DNA of 64,000 bases, from positions 204,478,001 through 204,542,000 of the forward strand of contig NC_086100.1 in the NCBI RefSeq assembly GCF_963921235.1, written 5' to 3'. The position numbers were made by a program, and so were the translations under genes. This document shows, in pieces, positions 11,673 through 24,600 of this stretch (the first letter of the stretch is position 1; every line of letters starts with the position of its first letter). A model generated the notes under the pieces. It saw nothing but the letters and a program-made list of their open reading frames with translations, was not told the origin of the DNA and made no database searches. This DNA is from Mobula hypostoma (lineage: Eukaryota).

Positions 11673-11708
11673 AGTCGACGCTTCAGGCCAAGACCCTTCA
11701 TCAGGACT
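11673..11708 (-). ncRNA. Second hammerhead motif (GAAA mutated to GAAG)
   Basis: AGTC-CTGATGA-AGGGTCTTGGCCT-GAAGCGTC-GACT. Confidence 0.65.
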
Positions 11709-14424
11709 AACTGAAAGAAGAGTGAGTAAGAGATTTGAAAGGGGGGGGAGATCCAAAATGATAGGAGAAGACAGGAGGGGGAGGGATGGAGCCAAGAGCT
11801 GGACAGTTGATTGGCAAAAGGGATATGAGAGGATCATGGGACAGGGGGCCCAGGGAGAAGGTAAAGGGGGAGGGGGGAAAGCCCAGAGGATGGGCAAGGG
11901 GTATAGTCAGAGGGACAGAGGGAGCAAAAGAAGAGAGAGAGAAAGAATGTGTGTATATAAATAAATAACGAATGGGGTACGAGGGGGAGGTGGGGCATTA
12001 GCGGAAGTTAGATAAGTCAATATTCATGCCATCAGGTTGGAGGCTACCCAGACGGAATATAAGGTGTTGCTCCTCCAACCTGAGTGTGGCTTCATCTTTA
12101 CAGTAGAGGAGGCCGTGGATAGACATGTCAGAATGGGAATTGGATGTGGAATTAAACTGTGTGGCCACTGGGAGATCCTGCTTTCTCTGGCGGACAGAGC
12201 GTAGGTGCTCAGCAAAATGATCTCCCAGTCTGCGTCGGGTCTCGCCAATATATAGAAGGCCACATCGGGAGCACCGGACGCAGTATATCACCCCAGCCGA
12301 CTCACAGGTGAAGTGTCGCCTCACCTGGAAGGACTGTCTGGGGCCCTGAATGGTGGTAAGGGAATGTGTAGCACTTGTTCTGCTTACAAGGATAAGTGCC
12401 AGGAGGGAGATCAGTGGGGAGGGATGGGGGGAACGAATGGACAAGGGAGTCGTGTAGGGAGCAATCCCTGCGGAAAGCAGACAGAGGTGGGGAGGGAAAG
12501 ATGTGCTTAGTGGTGGGATCCCGTTGGAAGTGGCAGAAGTTACGGAGAATAATATGTTGGACCTGGAGGCTGGTGGGGTGGTAGGTGAGGACCAGGGGAA
12601 CCCTATTCCTAGTGGGGTGGCGGGAGGATGGAGTGAGAGCAGATGTGCGTGAAATGGGGGAGATGCGTTTGAGAGCAGAGTTGACAGTGGAGGAAGAGAA
12701 GCCCCTTTCTTTAAAAAAGGAGGACATCTCCCTCGTCCTGGAATGAAGAGCCTCATCCTGACAGCAGATGCAGCGGAGACGGAGGAATTGAGAGAAGAGA
12801 ATGGCATTTTTGCAAGAGACAGGGTGAGAAGAGGAATAGTCCAGATCGCTGTGAGAGTCAGTAGGCTTATAGTAGACATCAGTAGATAAGCTGTCTCCAG
12901 TAATAGAGACAGAAAGATCTAGGAAGGGGAGGGAGGTGTCGGAAATGGACCAGGTAAACTTGAGGGCAGGGTGAAAGTTGGAGGCAAAGTTAATGAAGTC
13001 AACGAGCTCAGCATGCGTGCAGGAAGCAGCGCCAATGCAGTCGTCGATGTAGTGAAGGAAAAGTGGGGGACAGATACCAGAATACGTTTGGAACATAGAT
13101 TGTTCCACAAAGCCAACAAAAAGGCAGACATAGCTAGGACCCATACGGGTGCCCATAGCTACACCTTTAGTTTGGAGGAAGTGGGAGGAGCCAAAGGAGA
13201 AATTATTGAGAGTAAGGACTAATTCCACTAGACGGAGCAGAGTGGTGGTAGAGGGGAACTGATTAGGTCTGTAATCCAAAAAGAAGCCGAGAGCTTTGAG
13301 ACCTTCCTGATGGGGGGATGTAAGTATATAGGGACTGGACATCCATGATGAAAATAAAGCGGTGGGGGCCAGGGAACTTAAAATCATCGAAAAGTTTAAG
13401 AGCGTGAGAAGTGTCACGAACATAGGTGGGAAGGGATTGAACAAGGGGGGATAAAATCGTATCGAGGTATGCAGAAATGAGTTTGGTGGGGCAGGAGCAA
13501 GCTGAGACAATAGGTCTGCCAGGACAGGCAGGTTTGTGGATCTTGGGTAGGAGGTAGAAACGGGAAGTGCAGGGTGTGGGAACTATAAGGTTGGCAGCAG
13601 TGGAAGGGAGATCCCCTGAGCGGATAAAGTCGGTGATGGTGTGGGACACAATGGCCTGGTGCTCCTTAGTGGAGTCACGATCGAGGGGTAAATAAGAGGA
13701 GGTATCCGCGAGTTGTCGCTGTGCCTCGGCAAGGTAGAGGTCAGTACGCCAGACTACAACAGCACCCCCCTTAACAGTGGGTTTAATAGTAAGGTTAGGA
13801 TTAGTGCGGAGGGAGTGGAGAGCAGAGCGTTCGGAAGGAGTAAGGTTGGAATGGGAACGAGGTGCGGTGAAGTCGAGACGGTTGATGTCCCGTCGGCAGT
13901 TAGCAATAAAGAGATCCAGAGCAGGCAGAAGACCAGAGTGGGGTGTCCATGAAGAGGAGGAGGGTTGAAGACGGGAGAAGGGGTCATCGGTGGGGGTGGA
14001 AGAGTCCTTGTCGAAGAAGTAGGTTCGGAGACGGAGATGGCGGAAGAAAAGTTCCGCATCATGGCGAACGCGGAACTCGCTGAGGTGTGGGCGAAGGGGG
14101 ACAAAGGTGAACTTTGATGTGTGTTGCTTGAATTTCCAGCATCTGCAGAATTCCTCGTGAAGAGAGAAGACGTGGCTTGAGGAGACAGTTGCCGGACCCG
14201 CTGGGCCTGGGCTCAGGGTGAGAGCCCAGGAGCCGGCTGGCGAAGGAGGATCAGTGAAAGGGAATCCGTCAGCTCCAACTCACCTCTCTTCATGTCATAT
14301 CCATCACCCACTTCTACTCCCAGATGATCTGGAATTCACCCATTTCCAGCTCCAACTCTGTAACGTGCATGTGGATGCATATCTTGTAGGTGAGGGCGTC
14401 AAGGACACTGGAAGTCTTCCCACC

Positions 14425-14830
14425 AATGTCCCCTCTAATTTGTAATGAGCCGTGTGCTGAAAAATCTTGTGCTGTGCAATTTTTACCCAGTGACAACAAA
14501 ATGTGCACACTGAATTTTAAATAGAAAGGTATTTATTTTAACAGCTAGCAAATCACTGTCAATAAGAACTTTGATATCCTCTGGGTTTGATCGATTTCAT
14601 CTGCACTCTCACACAACCTATGTAGCAGGCCCGAAGACTGTTATGAAAGATTTTCTCACTCCACCTTTTGCACACTGTCCACATGTGATTTGCTTGCTAA
14701 ATGACGTTTTAAAAAGTCAGATTTCCAAATATCACTCCACATCCTCCCACTTGCAAATTCTCCAGCAACTTTTGCATCACCACAATACACAAAGGTAACA
14801 CCAGTTTCAGTATTGGACATAAATATTCCC
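14425..14830 (-). mobile_element. hAT/ZNF862-like DNA transposon remnant (paralog split across 56071-56094 and 59976-60680)
   Basis: Terminus-like aatgtcccctctaatttgtaat. Minus-strand peptide GVTFVYCGDAKVAGEFASGRMWSDIWKSDFLKRHLASKSH resembles a TTF-type zinc finger. Confidence 0.45.
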
Positions 14831-17800
14831 CTGAACCCTGCCCCAGGTGACTGACGGTGGTGAACTCAGTGATGGCAATGCCAATGATTATGAAGGGAAG
14901 GGTAGTAGTCCGTCTCATTGGAGTCTGGCACATTTGTGATGTGAAAGTCGGACCGTGAGGCAGCGGGAGTGTTTAAAAGCGAGAAGCTTTACGGAGCCGG
15001 CGACGTTGTAGAGGGCGACAGAGTAGGAAGGCTTTGGCTCCGAGGCTTCGGCGAGCAGAGGCTGAGGACGAGCTTCACTCCCAGTGAGGTAAGGCCGGGT
15101 AAGTTCCTTTAATAAATCTAATTACCTTAAGGGTAGGTAATGGAGGCAGCAGTTAGAGCAATTGAGTGCTCTGTTTGCAGTATGTGGGAAGTCAGGTCGA
15201 GCACAATCGTCCCTGATGACTACACCTGTAAAAGGTGCGTCCAGCTGCAGCTCCTGACAAACCCAGTTAGGGAACTGGAGCTGGAGCTGGATGAACTTCC
15301 GATCATTTGGGAGGCAGAGGCAGAAATAAACAAGAGTTACAGGGAGATAGTCACCCCTAAGAGTCAGGAGACAGGTAGCTGGGTGACTGTCAGGAGAGGG
15401 AAGGGGAATAAACAGAATGAGCAGAGCACCCCTGTGGCTGTTCCCACCAATAATACGTATATCATTTTGGATACTGTTGATGGGGACGACCTACCAGGGA
15501 CAAGTTGCAGTGGCTGCGCCTCTGGCACCGAGACCGGACCCTCAGCTCAGAAGGGAAGGAGGGAAAACAGGGGAGCATTAGTGATAGGGGATTCAATAAT
15601 CAGGGGGATAAGTAAGAGATTCTGTGGAAGAGATCGAGAATCCCGGATGGTCTGTTGCCTCCCTGTTGCCAAGGTCCGCGATATCTCAGATTGAGTTCTC
15701 GGTATTCTCAAGAGGAAGGGTGAGCAGCTAGATGTCGTGGTTCATGTAGGGACCAATGACATGGGTAGGAAGAGTGAGGAGGTCCTGAAAGGTAAGTTTA
15801 GGGAGTTAGGCACCAAGTTAAAGGACAGGACCTCCAGGATAGCAATCTCAGGATTGCTACCAGTGCCACGTGCAGGCAGGTTTAGAAATAGTAAAATAAC
15901 GCAGATCAACACGTGGCTGAAGACATGGTGCAGGAGGGAGGGCTTCAGATTTACAGATAATTGGGCAGTTTTCCAGGGAAGGTGAAACCTGTTCCGGCAG
16001 GACGGTTTACATCTGAACTGGAGGGGGACAAATATTCTTGCAGATAGGTTTTCTAGAGAGGCTCTGGTGGATTTAAACTAGATACAAGGGGGGAGGGGAA
16101 CCAGAGTGTAGGAACAGATGCAGGGAAGAAGGAAGAAAAAGAAAATAGTAAAGTTGTTTGCACGGTTAGTGATAAACAGAGAGTAAGAGGTGGGAAATTT
16201 CTTAAATGCATTTATTTTAATGCTAGCAGCATTATAAGAATGGTGGATAAATTAAAGCATGGATTAATACCTGGAAGTATGATATGGTAGCTATTAGTGA
16301 AACATGGTAACAGGATGGGTGTGCTTGGCAACTAAATATTCCCGGATTTCATTCCTTCAGGTGTGATAGAATCAGAGGGACAAGAGGGGGAGGTGTTGCA
16401 TTGCTTGTCAGAGGAAATATTGCAGCGGTGCTCTGGCAGGATAGAGTAGGGGGCTCATCTAGGGAGGGTATTTGGGTGGAATTGAGGAATGGGAAAGGTA
16501 TAGTAACACTTATGAGGGCGTATTATAGACCACCAAATGGGGAGCGAGAATTGGAGGAGAAAATTTGTAAGGAGATAGCAGATATTTGTAGTAAGCACAA
16601 GGTTGTGATTGTGGGAGATTTTAATTTTCCACACATAGACTGGGAAGCCCATACTGTAAAAGGGCTGGATGGTTTGGAGTTTGTATAATGTGGGTAAAAT
16701 AGTTTTTTGCAGCAATACATAGAGGTACCAACGAGAGAAGGGGCAGTGTTGGATCTCCTGTTAGGGAATGAGATAGGTCAGGTGATGGAGGTTTGTGTTG
16801 AGGAGCACTTCGGGTCCAGTGATCTCAATACCATTAGTTTCAATATAATTATGGAGAAGGATAGGTCTGGACCCAGTGCTGAGATTTTTGATTGGAGAAA
16901 GGCTAACTTTAAGGAGATGCGAAAGGATTTAGAAGGAGTGGATTGAGACAAATTGTTTTATGGGAAGGATGTAATAGAGAAATGGAGGTCATTTAAAGAT
17001 GAAGTTTTGAGGGGACAGAATGTTTATGTTCCTATTAGGTTGAAAGGAAAGGTTAAAAGTTCGAGAGAGCCATGGTTTTCAAGGGATATTGGAGATGGAG
17101 ACTTGGTTCGGAAAAAGAGAGAGATCTACAATAAATATAGGGAGCATGGAGTAAATGAGGTGCTCGAGGAATATAAAGATGTAAAAAAAATCTTAAGAAA
17201 GAAATTAGAAAAGCTAAACGAAGATATGAGGTTGCTTTGGCAAGCAAGGTGAAAATAAATCTGAAGGATTTCTACAGTTATATTAATAGCAAAAGGATAG
17301 TGAGGGATAAAATTGGTCCCTCAGAGAATCAGAGTGGACTGCTATGAGTGGAGCCAAAAGAGATGGGGGTAGATTCTGAACAATTTCTTTTCTTCGGTAT
17401 TCACTAAGGAGAAGGATATTGAATTGTGTAAGGTAAGGGAAACAGATAGGGAAGTTATGGAAACAATGATGATTACAGAAGAGGAAGTACTGGTGCTTTT
17501 AGGGAATATAAAAGTGGACAAGTCTCCGGGTCCTGACAGGATATTCGCTAGGACCTTGAGGGAAGTTAGTGTGGAAATAGCAGGGGCTCTGACAGAAATA
17601 TTTCAAATGTCATTAGAAACGGGGATGGTGTCGAGGATTATCGTATTGCTCATGTTGTTCCATTGTTTAAAAGGGGTTCTAAGAGAAAACCTAGCAATTA
17701 TCAGCCTGTGAGTTTGACGTCAGTGGTGGGTAAATTGATGGAAAGTATTCTTAGAGATGGTATATATAATTATCTGGATAGACAGGATCTGATTAGGAGC

Positions 17801-18661
17801 AGTCAACATGGATTTGTGCGTGGAAGGTCATGTTTGACTAATCTTATTGAATTTTTTTGAAGAGGTTACTAGGAAAGTTGATGAGGGTAAAGCGGTGGAT
17901 GTTGTCTATATGGACTTCAGTAAGGCCTTTGACAAGGTTCCACACGAAAGGTTAGTTAGGAAGGTTCAATTGTTAGGTATTAATATTGAAGTAGTAAAAT
18001 GGATTCAGCAGTGGCTGGATGGGAGATGCCAGAGAATAGCGGTGGATAACTGTTTGTCAGATTGGAGGCCGGTGACTAGTAGTATGCCTCAGGGATCTGT
18101 ACTGGGTCCAATGTTGATTGTCATATACATTAATGATCTGGATAATGGGGTGGTAAATTGGATTAGTAAGTATGCAGATGATACTAAGATAGGTGGCGTT
18201 GTGGATAATGAAGTAATAGGTTTTCAATGCTTGCAGAGAGATTTAGGCCAGTAAGAAGAGTGGGCTGAAAGATGGCAGATGGAGTTTAATGCTGATAAAT
18301 GTGAGGTGCTACATTTTGGTAGGACTGATCAAAATAGGGCATACTTGGTAAATGGTAGGGCATTAAAGAATGCAGTAGAACAGAGGGATCTAGGAATAAT
18401 GGTGCATAGTTCCCTGAAGGTGGAATCTCATGTGGATAGGGTGGTGAAGAAAGCTTTTGCTATGCTGGCCTTTATAAATCAGAGCATTGAGTATAGGAGT
18501 TGGGATGTAATGTTGAAATTGTACAAGGCATTGGTAAGGCCAAATTTGGAGTATTGTGTACAGTTCTGGTCACCGAATTATAGGAAAGATGTCAACAAAA
18601 TAGAGAGAGTACAGAGAAGATTTACTGGAATGTTACCTGGGTTTCATCACCTAAGTTACAG

Positions 18662-21600
18662 TGTGACGAGAATACACATAAAATTAAGATGTTTGCTGGC
18701 CTAGGTTAGCATCAGTGACATCAGCAAGTGGTCTGCCACCTGCCCTCAGGGGAAGGAGAGATAAGGAACAATGGAGCAGCGTCTGGAGATGTGTAATGAA
18801 GGGACGTGGGAGAGAGAACTGTCTGGAGCGGCTCCCCCTTTGAACCCTGAACTGTTTGAAGTGATGGACAGGCGATACCCCAGCAGGGGATAAAAAGGGG
18901 CCGGTTCGCTAAGGCGACACACACGCCACCCGAGGTAACGAGACCCTGGAAGCGGTGCGCCTCTCACGAGTCGGTGGGAAGTACCACACAACGGCCAGGG
19001 TGGAAAGGTACGATCAGCGGGAACCCGGTGTGTGTCCGCCCTTGCCTGGGTGCCGGGTTCACTGCAGAGGATCGACCACATCTGGAGGAGGGGTCACAGT
19101 CGGTGACCTCAGGTGACATCACCAAGGACCTGCCCAAAAGTTGCTTGTCAGCCATATCGCCGGTCTGTGAGTGAAGCCGTGACTGAATGATCAGTTGTTC
19201 CTGTTCTCTCTCTCTCTCCCACCACGTTGTCCATCGCCATGGCAACGATTACTGTGACCTGAACTACTAAACTGGACTGAACTTTGAGTCACTTTGAAAT
19301 TTGGTCATTTACCCCTAGACAACGATAGAGCTTGATTGATGCTGTTATCTTAATTCTGTGCACATGTGTGTTTATCATTGCTGAACTGTTGCATTTATTA
19401 TCCTTTCGATTACTGTGTTGCTTATTTCTTTAATAAAACTTTCTTAGTTCTAGTACTCCAGACTCCAACTGAGTGATCCATTTCTGCTGGTTTGGCAACC
19501 CAGTTATGGGGTACGTAACATAAGTGGGGTTCTCGTCCGCGATTTTGAACGCTAAATTTGGGACGGAGTAAATTGATTGGGTTAAAATTCCCGAAAGAAA
19601 GAAAAGACAAACAGCAGAAATGGAGGCTGAGGAATTTATAAAGGCGCCGACCTTGGAGGCATTAGAGGATGCCAGGAAATCGGAATTGATAGCTGTGGCC
19701 AAACGGTTGAATCTTGCTAAGGTGAAGTCAACAATGAGGAGAGAGGAGATACACAGAGCTATTGTAGAGCACTATGTATCTAAAGGTGTGTTTCCCCAAG
19801 GTGAGCTGGGGGTGGTGTCTATTGAAAAACCTGCTGGAGACGCGGTACAGGTACAGCTTGAAAAACTGAGACTCGAGCACGAGTTCTGGGTACGGCAGTT
19901 AGAACAGGAAGAGGAAGAGAGGGACAGACAGTTGGAGAGAGAAGAGAAAGAGAGGGACAGACAGTTGGAGAGAGAGGAGAAACAGAGGGAAAGGGAATTT
20001 GAGCTGGAGAAGTTAAAGATAAGGGCCGAGCAGGGGCTCATGCCGAACCAAGCTGGAGGGTTCCGGGCGACCCAGGAGGTTAGGCTGGTTCCCCCATTTG
20101 ACGATACCGACGTGGATCGGTACTTTCTCCACTTCGAAAAAGTGGCTATAAGTCAGGACTGGCCAAAGGATAAGTGGGTTGTCTTACTTCAGAGTGTACT
20201 GAAAGGGAAAGCCCAACAAGCTCACTCAGCTTTGTCCGCGGAAGATGCCCAGAGGTATGAGGTGGTGAAAGAGGCCATCCTCAGGATTTATGAGTTGGTC
20301 CCGGAGGCATACCGGCAGAGGTTCCGGAATGCGAGGAAACAGTGGGACCGCACGTATTTGGAGTTTGCCCGTGAGATGCAGACATATTGTGAGCGTTGGT
20401 GCGCCTCGAAGGGGGTAGAGGGGGATTATGACAGACTGCTACAACTGATCCTGATTGAGCAGTTTAAAGGTTGTGTCCCTGAGGGTATGAGACCCTACCT
20501 CGATGAGAAAGAGGCAGCCACGTTAGCCGCAACTGCTAAGTTAGCGGATGAGTATGCGTTGACGCATAAAATGAAGTTTGCCCCGAGTAAAGGCTACCAG
20601 AAGGGTAGTCAGGACGGCGGGGAGAGTCTGCCAGAAAAGTCAGAAAGTAAGCCGGGGACTAGTGAAAAGGATAAGGTAGACCGGAAATAGTCTGGTAGGA
20701 AGTCTCCTGGGGTCGTCTGTTATAATTGTGGGAAAGCCGGACACTTTGCGTCCAGGTGCTTTGCCCCAAAGAAGGAGGCGGGAAACGGAAAAACGGCAAT
20801 GTTGAATGGCTGTATCGAGCTGTTAAGCGAACCGCTAGGGAAGGACAGGTCTGAAAAAGTCCAGGAAGGGCGCGAGAGGTTTATCTCGGCCGGGTTGGCG
20901 TCAGTGAAGGAGGGGTTAAAACCAGTTCCAGTGCGGATCTGGAGAGACACGGGAGCGTGTCAGTCACTAATACTGAAGAGCGTATTAGAGTTTAGCTCAG
21001 AGACCCAGACTGGGGAGGTAGAGGTCAAAGGTGTTGGGGAAGGGACAGAGCCAGTCCCTTTGCACCAGATACACTTACAAAGCAACCTGGTCTCTGGACT
21101 AGTCACGATCGGGGTGAGGTCTGAATTACCGATGAAAGACGTGGAAGTCTTGCTCGGTAATGACATCGCCGGAGGAATCATGTTCCCAGTCGTGAGATTG
21201 ACAAGTCAGCCTGCCAGCATTGAGGCCCCGCCCATGGACTCACAGGTTCATCACAGGACCGCGATAGTGAATTTAGCTGAAACGTTTCTGCCAACCTTGT
21301 ATGAGACGGGGTGTAGTGAGACAAGAGGTAGTGAGGGAGCTGGGACGGACGTAGCAGTAGCCAGGAAAGAATTTGTGCAGACGCAGGAGCGAGACGAGGG
21401 GCTGATGGTTTTGGCAGAGACAGCTCTCTCTGACACAGCTTTAACAAGGGAACTAGTAGACTATTGTGTGGAGGAGGAAGTGCTAAGGGAAAAAGGGAAA
21501 TCAAGGACAGTACCCGCAGATGAGGAATGGGGGGTGGTGCAAAAGCGTTATGGGGATGAGGTTTTTAACATGGCCCACGAGGTACCCCCCGGTGGACATT

Positions 21601-23493
21601 TTGCGGTGCTGGAGGAAACAGTTGGTGGAATCATGAAAGAGATTTACCGGCTGCCCAGGGGGAAAAATGTTATTGATCATGACCGACGCGAACTGAGACG
21701 GTCACCGGCTTTTGATATGCTAACAAACCTAGTCGGTGTTAGCGTGGAAATCAATGAAGCTAGGGGCCCCCTGATAAGAGGAAAAAACCATTTTGAACAG
21801 ATTAGTATGGGATCGATCAGATGGGAGAAGGCTATTGTTTTGGCCAGGTCTACTGATAAGGTCTCTCCTTTAATCCCCGAACAAAGCGAATCTTTAGAAG
21901 AAGTAATTAAACGACTCGCACCCGTGTGTTTGATTGTCCCGAGGCAATGCAAAGAACTGGGACATTGGGTGATGTCTGTTACAATAGGTCAGCCTAGCAA
22001 ACAACACGCATATATAATGAGTAATTCAGTGACTAAAGGGCTGATGAACACAGAGGTGTGTATTGGCAATTTAATACGGCTGTCTGAAGCCAGCTTGATA
22101 GTGAACCTTGAAAAAAATGAATTCGGCCACACTTACCTGGGAACTGTGGTGACACAGGGGCAGCTGGCAGTGATGCAAGCTACAGTGCAGGCTATCGCTG
22201 ACCTCCCAACCCCGACAGACAAGAGGGCCCTCAGAAGGCTCTTGGAGATGGTGGGGTACTGCAGGAAGTTTTACAATAACTCTGCGGTCAATACCCGTCC
22301 CCCTCCTACTAAGCCCTTGCGAGAGAAAACTGAGTCGGAATGGGACGACCCTTGTTATTGTGGTCCGGGACAAAACCAAATGAGAGGTTACATTGGTCGC
22401 AATTCATCAGTGTTTTTGGCCACTATGAAGTTTGCTGAGTTGGAGCCTGGTCTAAGGGATTATTAATAACATGTGTAAAAGGAACAGAAAATGTGATGAC
22501 TGTCTGTCAAGGTGTTGACAGCTTCAAACTCGCTGTGTTAGCCAAATAGCTGATAAAGATGTATATTTGTGTATGTATCAAATAATGTATTCATGTTTGT
22601 AATTTTTACCTCCCGGTAAAAATCCTTAAAGGGGGGAAGTGTGACGAGAATACACATAAAATTAAGATGTTTGCTGGCCTAGGTTAGCATCAGTGACATC
22701 AGCAAGTGGTCTGCCACCTGCCCTCAGGGGAAGGAGAGATAAGGAACAATGGAGCAGCGTCTGGAGATGTGTAATGAAGGGACGTGGGAGAGAGAGCTGT
22801 CTGGAGCGGCTCCCCCTTTGAACCCTGAACTGTTTGAAGTGATCGACAGGCGATACCCCAGCAGGGGGATAAAAAGGGACCGGCTCGCTAAGGCGACACA
22901 CACACGAGGTAACGAGACCCTGGAAGCGGTGCGCCTCTCACGAGTTGGTGGGAAGTACCAGACAACGGCCAGGGTGGAAAGGTACGATCAGCGGGAACCC
23001 GGTGTGTGTCCGCCCTTGCCTGGGTGCTGGGTTCACTGCAGAGGATCGACCGCATCTGGAGGAGGGGTCACAGTCGGTGACCTCAGGTGACATCACCAAG
23101 GACCTGCCCAAAAGTTGCTTGTGAGCCATATCGTCGGTCTGTGAGTGAAGCCGTGTCTGAATGATCAGTTGTTCCTGTTCTCTCTCTCTCTCCCCCCACG
23201 TTGTCCATCGCCATGGCAACGATTACTGTGACCTGAACTACTAAACTGGACTGAACTTTGAGTCACTTTGAAATTTGATCATTTACCCCTAGACAACGAT
23301 AGAGCTTGATTGATGCTGTTATCTTAATTCTGTGCACATGTGTGTTTATCATTGCTGAACTGTTGCATTTATTATCCTTTTGATTACTGTGTTGCTTATT
23401 TCTTTAATAAAACTTTCTTAGTTCTAGTACTCCAGACTCCAACTAGTGATCCATTTCTGCTGGTTTGGCAACCCAGTTACGGGGTACGTAACA
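18662..23493 (+). mobile_element. Gmr1-like Gypsy LTR retrotransposon, internally deleted; LTRs 18662-19520 and 22640-23493
   Basis: Highly similar TG...CA LTRs. tRNA-Pro-like PBS TGGGGTTCTCGTCCGCGAT at 19525-19543. PPT at 22628-22639. Flanked by duplicated CAG of the CR1. Confidence 0.93.
19620..22466 (+). CDS. Gag (SCAN-like capsid, CCHC knuckle)-protease-remnant IN-remnant RT in one frame, with one TAG at 20688-20690
   Basis: LVPPFDDTDVDRYFLHFE, WPKDKW, YELVPEAYRQRFR, EQF; CYNCGKAGHFASRC just after the stop; RDTGACQSL; AHEVPPGGHF; TYLG...RRLLEMVGYCRKF. Confidence 0.8.
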
Positions 23494-24038
23494 CAGAGAA
23501 AGGTTGAACAAGTTGGGTCTTTATTCTTTGGACTGTAGAAGGTTGAGGGGGGGACTTGATAGAGGTATTTAAAATTATTAGGGAGATAGAGTTGACGTGG
23601 ATAGGCTTTTTCCGTCGAGAGTAGGGGAGATTCAAACAAGAAGACATGAGATGAGAGTTAAAGGGCAAAAGTTTAGGGGTGACATGAGGGGGAACTTCTT
23701 TACTCGGAGAGTGGTAGCTGTGTGGAACGAGCTTCCAGCAGGAGTGGTTGAGGCAGGTTCGATATTGTCATTTAAAGTTAAATTGGATAGCTATATGGAC
23801 AGGAAAGGAATGGAGGGTTATGGGCTGAGTGCAGGTCGGTGGGACTAGGTGAGAATAAGCGTTCGGCACGGACTAGAAGGGCCGAGATGGCCTGTTTCCG
23901 TGCTGTAATTGTTATATGGTTATATGGAAAGCTACTTGTTGCCCAGGACAAAGGTGTTTGATATCATTATGTACCCAGAGAGAATGGGTCAAAACATGTT
24001 CTCACGGGTAGAAAGGTCCAGAACAAGAGGAGGTAGAA

Positions 24039-24175
24039 CAAGCAACACACACAAAATGCTGGAGGAACTCAGCAGGCCAGGCAGCATCTATAGAAAAGAG
24101 TACTAATGCCGAGTTCCTCCAGCATTTTGTGTGTGTTGCTTGGATTTCCAGCATCTGCAGATTTCCTCTTGTTTG
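24039..24175. repeat. Penelope-terminus-derived inverted repeat (hairpin); the paralog at 60896-61253 is split by a LINE tail
   Basis: 24039-24070 is the reverse complement of 24111-24142. Confidence 0.7.
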
Positions 24176-24289
24176 TGACTGGAGGTGGAACAAAGGTGAT
24201 TTTCTTAACAGCTGATGTAAAAGATTTTGTTCCCTTTCTCCGAGTTCCCAATCCTTGCATTTAGACAGCTGGAGCTCAGCTCTGTCTGA

Positions 24290-24600
24290 GAGATCCATCG
24301 GTTCCCATTCCCTCATCAGCCGGAAGCTCCCCGGCGCCCGTGTACGGATCGTGGGGCTGAGAGAGAGGGACGAGAGCAGGACTGTCCCGGGATTGCGAGA
24401 CCAAAGGCACAGCAATTGTCCCGAAGTCTGTTTTGAAAACCCCGCCCGCAAATCATCTCTTACCTGGTGGCGACTTTCCCAGGCCCACTGAATACTGCAC
24501 GCATGCGCAATATTTCGAGAACTTTCGCAGCCCTGACGCCTGCGCATTTTGATCGTTGCCTCGGCGACGGCGTCAATTGTTGCGCATAGCTTTCTGGGTA
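24290..24600 (-). promoter_or_regulatory. CpG-rich promoter and first-exon donor of ZNF paralog A (coding exon presumably left of the window)
   Basis: CAG|GTAAG donor (cttacctg 24459-24466), NRF1-like GCATGCGCA ~24501, homologous to 61370-61680. Confidence 0.6.

Larger units (their letters stand above)
11296..14157 (-). mobile_element. Penelope-like element (RT + GIY-YIG), 5'-truncated with an inverted terminal piece and an extra pLTR copy; 13-bp TSD
   Basis: RT motifs KGVAMGTRMGPSY and YIDDCIG; GIY-YIG GVIYCVRCSRCGLLYIGET. Inverted terminus at 14110-14157. TGAAGAGAGAAGA at 11283-11295 and 14158-14170. Confidence 0.92.
11034..14280. mobile_element. LTR fragment (11034-11295 plus 14158-~14280) split by the Penelope insertion
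   Basis: Starts TGTAAGGGTTT and resembles the solo LTR at 25603. It resumes after the duplicated TGAAGAGAGAAGA. Confidence 0.55.
14948..23926 (+). mobile_element. Full-length, decayed CR1 LINE (ORF1 from 15140; ORF2 EN-RT) interrupted by an LTR element
   Basis: ORF1 CSVCSMWE/VIGDSII/VHVGTND; EN YYRPP/VGDFN; RT KAFDKVPH/YADDTK; tail (TTATATGG)n. TSD GAAAG at 14943-14947 and 23927-23931. Empty site in the paralog at ~60793. Confidence 0.92.

Noticed and set aside
19525..19543. tRNA gene
   Set aside because: Only a primer-binding site complementary to the tRNA-Pro 3' end.
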